This document shows, piece by piece, positions 12,211-18,954 of a DNA stretch of 32,000 bases (positions are counted from its first letter, which is position 1; each line of letters opens with the position of its first letter). The position numbers and the translations under genes are program-made. The notes under the pieces were generated by a model. The model was given only the letters and a program-made list of their open reading frames with translations. It did not search any database and was not told where the DNA came from. Source of the DNA: Candidatus Saccharimonadota bacterium (lineage in GTDB: Bacteria > Bacteroidota > Bacteroidia > Cytophagales > Amoebophilaceae); assembly GCF_936981045.1 (NCBI RefSeq), contig NZ_OW441264.1:780001-812000 (forward strand). Direction: 5' to 3'.

Positions 12211-12291
12211 TGGGGAGAGAAGGATTCGAACCTTCGAAGCTTACGCAACGGATTTACAGTCCGCCCCAATTGACCGCTCTGGCATCCCCCC
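12211..12291 (-). tRNA. trnY: tRNA-Tyr (anticodon GTA), long variable arm
   Basis: Reverse complement GGGGGGATGCCAGAGCGGTCAATTGGGGCGGACTGTAAATCCGTTGCGTAAGCTTCGAAGGTTCGAATCCTTCTCTCCCCA. Acceptor GGGGGGA/TCTCCCC, anticodon loop CTGTAAA, T-arm GAAGG-TTCGAAT-CCTTC. Confidence 0.85.
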
Positions 12292-12350
12292 CAGGTATTA
12301 ATAAATAAAGATTAGGAGAAAATAACACACGACCATTCAAATAGGTCAAG

Positions 12351-12383
12351 CAAATTTACGAAAAATATTTCTCTTCTACAAAA
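12351..12383 (-). promoter_or_regulatory. Candidate Bacteroidota-type sigma-A promoter for the tRNA-Tyr/Gly/Thr-tuf transcription unit
   Basis: The minus strand reads TTTTG, a 20-nt spacer, then TAAATTTG. This matches the Bacteroidetes -33 TTTG / -7 TAnnTTTG consensus, about 50-60 nt upstream of the tRNA-Tyr 5' end. Pattern match only. Confidence 0.3.
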
Positions 12384-12454
12384 GGCCCAAAATAAACGGC
12401 AAAAACGAACTTCTTTTACATCATACAAACAAGCAACCCCTACTAGTAAAATGT

Positions 12455-13273
12455 CTATACCAGATCTATATATATACCGAAAGAGAATGGTCTAAGCGAA
12501 TCGGAATGAGGAGGACCTTGGTTTTGCCTAAAAAGGGGCGTCAAATGAAAACCTCCTACCAAACCAAAACGGTGATACCCGACTCCAGCTTGAACAGCAA
12601 ACGCCCATGGCTTAAAATTAAAATCACCTTTACACTTCAAAGCACCTGTATGCCCATATTCTTTATAATCGACTATCGTAAAAGCAGACCTACGTATACC
12701 AAGCTTAACACCTAACCAAGCATGAAATCCTGCCTTAGGCTCATCTAAGACACTGTTGAACCGAAGCCTCAACAAAAGGTCAACGAAAGAAATCTTAAAA
12801 GCAGAATAGATAAATTTTTTATCTGCATCATTCTCCAAATATTTATCAATTGTCTGCGATTCCGACTCTCTTTCAAGTGTTGGACAGGTCATTTTACCAT
12901 CCTTATGCTCGAGAGCAAAAGCATAGTACAAAGTACTCCAACCAATCCCTGGACAGAAAGCAAAACGAGACTGATTGATACGAATAGCATATAACAAGGC
13001 TACATTTCCACGCAATAAACTATGCCAATCAAATTTTCTCACCTTATCAAATGGCTTAGATTGATCCGAACCCAGATTGTATACATAATCCATTCGTAGC
13101 GGTTCAACCATAAAGCTAGGATAATTTTCAATAAGTGGCACATAAGTATCGGCTGGGATTTCTTGCGTATCCATCACAACAGGATCTACATCATCTGCAG
13201 AAACTGGATGGACAACATGCAAAGCAACAAAAAACAATAACAGAGGAAAGATCTTTTTTTTCATGTACATCAA
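12455..13273 (-). CDS. Putative outer-membrane beta-barrel (porin-family-like) protein with signal peptide
   Basis: 272-aa ORF. N-terminal signal peptide (MKKKIFPLLLFFVALHVVHPVSA). The C-terminal half has alternating hydrophobic/aromatic beta-strand patterns (WAFAVQAGVGYHRFGLVGGFHLTPLF...FSFGIYIDLV). No specific family recognised by eye. Confidence 0.6.
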   Translation of the reverse strand: MMYMKKKIFPLLLFFVALHVVHPVSADDVDPVVMDTQEIPADTYVPLIENYPSFMVEPLRMDYVYNLGSDQSKPFDKVRKFDWHSLLRGNVALLYAIRINQSRFAFCPGIGWSTLYYAFALEHKDGKMTCPTLERESESQTIDKYLENDADKKFIYSAFKISFVDLLLRLRFNSVLDEPKAGFHAWLGVKLGIRRSAFTIVDYKEYGHTGALKCKGDFNFKPWAFAVQAGVGYHRFGLVGGFHLTPLFRQNQGPPHSDSLRPFSFGIYIDLV

Positions 13274-13455
13274 TGATATTTTAGCATAGAAATATTACTT
13301 AACAAAGGTAGTTTTTTTTTTAAATAAGTCAAAACATTACTTTGAAATAAATTTTTGTTCATTAAATTTGCATAGTATTATTAGGATGTATCTGTTCAGG
13401 GTAGTAGTAAATAAGGCATTTTTAACCACACTTTTCTTGGCAAAGAAGTATGCAA

Positions 13456-13513
13456 AAAAACCACCCCCCTGTGTAAAAAGTTGGGCAACTTTTTACACAG
13501 GGGGGTGGTTTTT
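13456..13513. repeat. Perfect 27-bp-stem palindromic hairpin (loop GGGC) flanked by an A-tract and a T-tract
   Basis: 13456-13482 AAAAACCACCCCCCTGTGTAAAAAGTT is the exact reverse complement of 13487-13513. It resembles a bidirectional intrinsic terminator, but it lies between divergently oriented genes (OMP gene and tRNA-Arg). Confidence 0.85.
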
Positions 13514-13553
13514 CTATAACATTGCCATACTGCTGAAATAGATACATTAGGAT

Positions 13554-13627
13554 GGACTTGTAGCTCAACTGGATAGAGCACTGCACTACGGATGCAGCGG
13601 TTAGGGGTTCGAATCCCTTCAAGTCCA
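13554..13627 (+). tRNA. trnR: tRNA-Arg (anticodon ACG)
   Basis: GGACTTGTAGCTCAACTGGATAGAGCACTGCACTACGGATGCAGCGGTTAGGGGTTCGAATCCCTTCAAGTCCA. Acceptor GGACTTG/CAAGTCC, anticodon stem CTGCA/TGCAG with loop CTACGGA. Confidence 0.9.
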
Positions 13628-13644
13628 CAGAAGGCAATTGTATG

Positions 13645-13917
13645 GGTTCTGTCGCTTCTATATTTTCGTTAGTAACGTCTTTTCTTTTAAGTGAAGTTTT
13701 GGATATATATTGGTTATTATTCGGCCATTAGCATAACAAAATTCTCAAAAGTAGAAAGATGATTTTTAGCTCCGATTACTTGTCCTTTTTGAATCATAGG
13801 AATGTTTTCATTCCTGCAATGGTCTAGAGTAAAGAAATGGTTGGACCACTTAAAATTAAGCATATCTATTGCTTCTGATTGCTCGCAATACAGTAGCTGA
13901 CTAACTTGATTCTTCAT
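13645..13917 (-). mobile_element. IS6-family relic (copy C): terminal inverted repeat plus the 3' end of a transposase gene, 5'-truncated
   Basis: 13645-13655 GGTTCTGTCGC is identical to the first 11 nt of the IS6 left IR at 24278. ORF 13717..13917 ends ...NIPMIQKGQVIGAKNHLSTFENFVMLMAE, containing the M-I-x-K-G-Q motif that I recall (from memory, unverified) as typical of the C-terminus of IS6-family transposases. The nucleotide stretch ATGCTTAATTTTAAGTGG matches ATGCTTAGTTTTAAGTGT of the IS6 copy at about 24906 (16/18). Confidence 0.6.
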
Positions 13918-13939
13918 TGTTTACCCATTCCCTTCTCAT

Positions 13940-13976
13940 CCCAAGGTACGTTCAGTTTTCCCGAATACGGCGGTCC
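13940..13976 (-). other. Possible degenerate group II intron domain-V-like hairpin
   Basis: The minus strand reads GGACCGCCGTATTCGGGAAAACTGAACGTACCTTGGG. It resembles the domain V pattern ..GCCGTAT..GAAA-type loop..(CG bulge)TAC.. as I recall it. The AGC triad and the basal pairing are not intact. It lies just 3' of the RT remnant, where domain V would be expected. Confidence 0.3.
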
Positions 13977-13987
13977 GACAGTCTTCT

Positions 13988-14728
13988 TCATAAACCTTGC
14001 ACAACTCTCTCAGGATACTTAATCATTCCACTACCAATGTACAACATCCCCATTGTATAGAGTTTGCTATTGGGATAGCTTTGACACCCACACCCACGGC
14101 CTTTTCTTCTATAGGCTAAGTATCTGCGAAATCGGTTATTAACGTGAGTTCAGGATTTATTTGACTGATTTACAACAATTTAATATCAATTATTTAGTTA
14201 ATATTTGCACCTATTTAACAAGTTTTTATATCTAATTTTATAAATATAATATATGTAATAAACTGATTATCAGAATTATTTGTTATTCAACTACCTATTT
14301 AACTGTCTATAAAACAAATTTTATAAATTTTTATTAATATTGATTATCAAATGAAAAAATAATCTAATCCCGAACTCACGTTAATAAGTTTTAATAACTT
14401 TTCGTGTGGGATGCTAGTAAAGTATGATTGAAAATCAATCTCAACTACGCCCCATGCCTGCTGGTATAGATCTTCTCGGATCACTAAACTCGCTTGTTTG
14501 GCTCCTCGTTTCGGTCTATAGCCGTATGAACATTTATGAAAATCAGCTTCGAAGATCGGTTCAATGACTATTTTCATTGCTGTGAGCACTATGAGATCTT
14601 CTACGGTCATTACCTCTAGTGGCCTTGTTCCACCTTTAGCTTTGGGTATTTCTACCAAACCTGCTTGAGGTAAATTTGTATAGCTTTGCGCGTAGTTGCT
14701 GCTACAATTTATTGATAATCTCTGCCTC
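13988..14728 (-). pseudogene. Group-II-intron-type reverse transcriptase remnant, truncated at both ends and interrupted by MITE copy 1
   Basis: ORF 14347..14754 contains RT blocks VEIPKAKGGTRPL, DLIVLTAMKIVIEPIF, SYGYRPKRGAKQA, VVEIDFQSYFTSIPHEKLLKLI. After removal of the MITE the frame continues (14140 downward) as NNRFRRYLAYRRKGRGCG, resembling the R-R-x-L-x-L-I-R-K-W-L-K-A-G block, and then stops. The YADD catalytic block and the maturase domain are absent. Confidence 0.75.
14141..14382 (-). mobile_element. MITE copy 1 (~242 bp, 17-bp terminal inverted repeats), inserted in the RT gene
   Basis: Begins AACGTGAGTTCAGGATT and ends AATCCCGAACTCACGTT. Alignable across its full length to 15159-15401, and in reverse complement to 25321-25562 and 29030-29272. 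A+T-rich interior without an ORF. Confidence 0.85.
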
Positions 14729-14800
14729 CCTACTATCAGCCTTCCTGTAGCCACTAAACAGTCGGAAAATGCGCTTAAACGGCTTAACGAGGCTAATTTG

Positions 14801-15465
14801 GGTTCACTTTTGTTGCAGCCCGCTATTTTGCAGATGCATTTAAAGGTAACTTAAACCTGTGAATCACCCCACAAATCCAACCTCCTGCTAGACTCCCGAA
14901 ATAGACAAATTAGAATCAGGGGACTTACACCCCATTTGTTGCACACCTGTGCCGGCGTGCAATGGCTGCAGACTTAAAACACTTAAAACTAAGCATAGAT
15001 TTTAGCCGTTTTTTGATAAACCTATGATCTTGTTCAACTCCATTATTCAAGTATTTGTTTTGAAATATTTGAATGGTATGATCTTGATCAAGTTCTGTAT
15101 TGATCGCATCAAAGGCAGCTTTATTACTACCGCTTTTGTCAATTACTACTTTCTTAGGAACGTGAGTTTGGGATTTATTTGACTGATTTACAACAATTTA
15201 ATATCAATTATTTAGTTAATATTTGCACCTATTTAACAAGTTTTTATATCTAATTTTATAAATATAATATATATAATAAACTGATTACCAGAATTATTTG
15301 TTATTCAACTACCTATTTAACTGTCTAATAAAACAAATTTTATAAATTTTCATTTATATTGATTATCAAATGAAAAAATAATCTAATCCCGAACTCACGT
15401 TAATAACTACTTTTTTAACTGCAGATACTAAAATAATGATTTTTTAGAATAAACGCGACAGAACC
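14801..15465 (-). mobile_element. IS6-family element copy A, defective: about 400 bp of the transposase 5' region missing, MITE copy 2 at the deletion point
   Basis: 15402-15465 is the reverse complement of 24278-24341 (IS6 left end GGTTCTGTCGCGTTTATTC...). 14801-15158 is the reverse complement of 24744-25101, the transposase 3' part (...KKVVIDKSGSNKAAFD...VEQDHRFIKKRLK.MLSFKCFKSAAI). The equivalent of 24342-24743 is absent. Confidence 0.8.
15159..15401 (-). mobile_element. MITE copy 2, inside IS6 copy A at the position of the transposase start codon
   Basis: AACGTGAGTTTGGGATT...AATCCCGAACTCACGTT. Near-identical to copy 1. Its right flank AATAACTACTTTTTT corresponds to IS6 positions just 5' of the ATG at 24342. 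Confidence 0.85.
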
Positions 15466-15484
15466 TGGCTAAGATGGCTGAACT

Positions 15485-18109
15485 CTATGCATGGGGCATG
15501 GTAAAAAGGCGCCTTGCTGCTTTTAATGCAACTGGTATACCTGCGGGGTTATTGCCTTTAGCGGTTGCAAAACAAGGCTGCCCGCCTCCCTTACCGCCAA
15601 CCAGGGGGGCTATAGATTGCATCATCTTATGGGCATGGTTGTATGGCCCCAATGGATCTGATACGAGTATCATAAGGTGCGCTTGCTGTTCCAATGTAGC
15701 GGCTAATACGATAAATATTTTCTGATATTGGGCTTTATAGTGCCATGCAATCTGTTGCAATGCATGGAGATAGGGCAGCTGGACAACCTGAATCAATAGA
15801 TAGACATCATCAACTTGTTCTAATTGCTGTTGCAGTTGCTGGGTAACTTGCTGTATGGCTTTATCTTGGTAGGCAATTACCTGTTTCTGCAACTGTTTTT
15901 TTTCGTGGATCAGCTTTTCTACTACCTGAATGAGATCTTTGGGGTGTTTTAATAGATCCGCTATGGTAGTTAAAGCAGCAGATTGCTGGGTTACAAAATG
16001 GTAGGCATGACCAGCGGTTAGGGCTTCTATTCTGCGTATGCCGCTACCTATAGCGGTTTCATGGATGATCTTAAAAAAGCCAATTTGTCCTGTGAAGGGC
16101 AGATGGGTACCCCCACAAAGCTCTATAGAATAGGCTGGATCGAAAGTAATCACACGTACTTCCGCACCATATTTTTCACCAAATAGGGCTTGCGCACCCA
16201 TGGCTTTGGCAGCTTCAAGTGACACAGCACGTTGTTCTACACAAGCAATATTTTCTCTGATTTTTTGGTTTAAGATCGCTTCCACGGCTTCTAGTTGTGT
16301 GGTAGACAACTTAGTAGGATGGGCAAAATCAAACCGCAATAGGGCTGGTGTTACCAAGGAACCTTTTTGAACCACATGGGCGCCAATAACCTGTTTTAAA
16401 GCAGCCTGTAAAAGATGGGTAGCGGTATGGTTACCGGCCGCTAAGGTGCGTTTGGTGAAATCTACACGGGCTTCAACAGGCGCTTCCAGTTGAGCAGGCA
16501 GCTGATCAACGGTATGCACGATTAATCCATGTTCTTTTTGTACATCTACCACTGCAATAGACTGGTGGCCAGATAGGATGACCCCCTCATCGGCTACTTG
16601 CCCCCCTCCTTCTGGATAAAAAGGGGTAGCTGCTAATACCAATTGGTAAACAACGCTCTGCTTATTGGTAATGGTACGCCATTGCACAATAAAGGTAGTC
16701 ACTACCAGTTGATCATAGCCTACAAATCGGGGTTGAACTGCTGTTGTAACTACTTGCCAATCTCCTTGTTGAATGGCAGCATCTTTTTGAGAACGTCTTT
16801 TTTGTTCTTGGAGTGCCTCTTGGAAGCCCGCTTGATCTACGGTTAGCCCTTGCTCCTTAGCCATCAGCAGGGTCAGGTCTAAAGGAAAGCCATAGGTATC
16901 ATAGAGTTCAAAGGCTACACGGCCCTCTATGACACCCTGATGGATCTTGCCCGAATCTAGATGGTTAAAGAGCTGCAATCCAGTAGCCAATGTCTTTAAA
17001 AAAGCGGTTTCTTCTGCTTGAATCAGTTGTTCAATATAATGTTGTTGGGTAGTCAGATTTGGGTATATTCCTTCCATTTGTGCTCCTAAAACAGGTACTA
17101 ATTGATAGATAAAAGGGGTTTGTATGGACAAGTGGCTATACCCATAGCGAATGGCTCTACGTACAATACGGCGTATCACATAACCAGCTTTGGCATGCGC
17201 AGGGGCTTGTCCATCGGCAATGGAAAAGGCTACTGCACGCAAGTGGTCTGCAATGATCCGCATGGCTATTGCAATGGTTTCACTTTGGTGATAGGCTTTA
17301 CCAGAAATCTGTTCTATTTTTGCTATAAGTGGGGTAAAAATATCGGTATCATAGTTGGAGGTTTTACCTTGCAATACCATGGCCAACCGCTCAAAGCCCA
17401 TACCGGTATCGATATACTTATGCGGCAGGCCAACCAGCTTACCAGAAGCTTGTCGGTTGTATTGCATAAATACCAGATTCCAAATCTCTATGACCTGAGG
17501 ATAGCCTTTGTTGACCAATTGGGCAGCTGGTAGCCTCTTACGCTGGGCATCAGAACGAATATCTAAATGGATTTCAGAACAGGGACCACAGGGACCTTGT
17601 TCGCCCATTTCCCAAAAATTATCTTCCCTAGAAAAGGAAAGAATATGTGTGGCAGGCAAGTATTTAGCCCAAATTACAGCGGCTTCATGGTCTTTTGGCA
17701 AACCATCTTGCTGGTCTCCCCCAAATATGGTCACATAGATGCGCTCCTTAGGAAGTTGGTAAACTCCTGTTAGGAGTTCCCATGCCCAGGCAATGGCTTC
17801 TTCTTTAAAATAATCCCCAAAGGACCAATTGCCTAACATTTCAAAGAAGGTATGGTGGTAGGTATCTACCCCTACTTCTTCCAGGTCATTGTGTTTACCG
17901 GAGACACGCAAACAGGGCTGTACTGTAACCACACGCGGAACAGTAATGGGTTGGTTGGCTAAAATAATATCCTTAAAAGGATTCATGCCTGCATTGACAA
18001 AGAGTAAGGAAGGATCATCTTTATTAACAATAGGTACTGCGGGCTGGTGTTGATGCCCCTTTTGTATAAAAAATTGAAGAAATTTTTCTCTTATGCGTTT
18101 GGATTGCAT
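15485..18109 (-). CDS. alaS: Alanine--tRNA ligase
   Basis: 874-aa ORF, AlaRS-like along its full length. N-terminus MQSKRIREKFLQFFIQKGHQHQPAVPIV..DPSLLFVNAGMNPFKD, editing-domain HxxxH region (NHTATHLLQAALKQV), and a C-terminal GGKGGG motif. Confidence 0.97.
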   Translation of the reverse strand: MQSKRIREKFLQFFIQKGHQHQPAVPIVNKDDPSLLFVNAGMNPFKDIILANQPITVPRVVTVQPCLRVSGKHNDLEEVGVDTYHHTFFEMLGNWSFGDYFKEEAIAWAWELLTGVYQLPKERIYVTIFGGDQQDGLPKDHEAAVIWAKYLPATHILSFSREDNFWEMGEQGPCGPCSEIHLDIRSDAQRKRLPAAQLVNKGYPQVIEIWNLVFMQYNRQASGKLVGLPHKYIDTGMGFERLAMVLQGKTSNYDTDIFTPLIAKIEQISGKAYHQSETIAIAMRIIADHLRAVAFSIADGQAPAHAKAGYVIRRIVRRAIRYGYSHLSIQTPFIYQLVPVLGAQMEGIYPNLTTQQHYIEQLIQAEETAFLKTLATGLQLFNHLDSGKIHQGVIEGRVAFELYDTYGFPLDLTLLMAKEQGLTVDQAGFQEALQEQKRRSQKDAAIQQGDWQVVTTAVQPRFVGYDQLVVTTFIVQWRTITNKQSVVYQLVLAATPFYPEGGGQVADEGVILSGHQSIAVVDVQKEHGLIVHTVDQLPAQLEAPVEARVDFTKRTLAAGNHTATHLLQAALKQVIGAHVVQKGSLVTPALLRFDFAHPTKLSTTQLEAVEAILNQKIRENIACVEQRAVSLEAAKAMGAQALFGEKYGAEVRVITFDPAYSIELCGGTHLPFTGQIGFFKIIHETAIGSGIRRIEALTAGHAYHFVTQQSAALTTIADLLKHPKDLIQVVEKLIHEKKQLQKQVIAYQDKAIQQVTQQLQQQLEQVDDVYLLIQVVQLPYLHALQQIAWHYKAQYQKIFIVLAATLEQQAHLMILVSDPLGPYNHAHKMMQSIAPLVGGKGGGQPCFATAKGNNPAGIPVALKAARRLFTMPHA

Positions 18110-18117
18110 GGTTTGAA

Positions 18118-18375
18118 TTAGTTTGCTTTGCGATAAAATAAAACCCGTGCTTGTTTAGAGGCCTGAATAGCATCGGTATGAGCCATAGACGTTACTACTG
18201 CATCGATTGACAACAATACTACTTGAAATCCTTGATACAGGGGTGGATAGAGCCATATAAAGGGCATAGGAATTTTGAAAGCATAGCTTTTAATTACATC
18301 TTGCTCCTGCCTAGAAAAACGAGTAGCAACAGTAATTTTAGGCAAAAAAGGAGATAACTCGTGCAATACAGTCAA
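18118..18375 (-). CDS. Hypothetical 85-aa ORF; possibly a fragment of a decayed gene
   Basis: ORF only. No recognisable motifs. Ends 8 nt upstream of the alaS start. The adjacent 580 bp lacks any long ORF. Confidence 0.25.
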   Translation of the reverse strand: MTVLHELSPFLPKITVATRFSRQEQDVIKSYAFKIPMPFIWLYPPLYQGFQVVLLSIDAVVTSMAHTDAIQASKQARVLFYRKAN

Positions 18376-18865
18376 AAACTAAACCACATCACTTCTATCA
18401 TGTAATGGTTTTCTATAAACTTCTGATAGGCTATCTACAAATAGCTTACTATCATTTTCAACAATAGATAAATGGGTACTACATTGATACAACAAATACC
18501 ACTTCTATTAGGAATACCAACAGGCCTTTGATGCATTACAGGAGGTCTGGGTTTCACTTCTGAAACACATGGATGAGCACCATGCATTTATAGACTTAAC
18601 TGTTTAAGTGGGCCTATCTTGCTTACAAGTTGTAGAAACTACTATAAATAATCCCCAAAATAAAGCTATAGTTGGTAAACGCTTGCTGCATAAGATGCAT
18701 ATGAATACTCTATACAAGAGTATTTTTTACTTACCTGGTTACCAGCCATATAATTACTTTTAAATAAGGGATAAATAGAAAGGAAAGGGGTGATTTAGAA
18801 ACAAGATTCACATACAACTGCAACATCTATTTTTCCCCTCTAAAAGTCAAGTATAAACACAGACA

Positions 18866-18898
18866 TAAAAAAATGGGAGCCAGCAAAAGCCAACCCCC
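18866..18898 (-). terminator. Candidate rho-independent terminator of the lipoprotein gene
   Basis: The minus-strand RNA reads GGGGGUUGGC-UUUU-GCUGGCUCCC followed by AUUUUUUUA. This is a 10-bp stem (4 G.U pairs) plus a U-tract, about 57 nt downstream of the stop at 18955. Confidence 0.5.
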
Positions 18899-18954
18899 AT
18901 TCTAGAAGACCTAATTTAAAAAGATAGAATTAAAAACTAAGCGTCTGGAGCTGC

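Noticed and set aside
12017-12301. Plus-strand 94-aa ORF, the ORFs at 13396..13581 and 13422..13637, and the ORF at 30996..31349
   Set aside because: They overlap tRNA genes (Thr/Gly/Tyr, Arg, Leu) or the perfect hairpin. Their open frames are by-products of structured RNA sequence.
13988-14754. The reverse transcriptase as part of a retron, DGR or RT-based defence system
   Set aside because: The motif pattern (IPKxxGGxRPL, YGYRPxRG, IPHEKLL followed by an RRxLxLIRKxL-like block) is group-II-intron type. The gene is truncated, lacks YADD and is split by a MITE. There are no template/variable repeat pairs or msr/msd-like inverted repeats, and the only neighbours are IS fragments rather than an effector gene.
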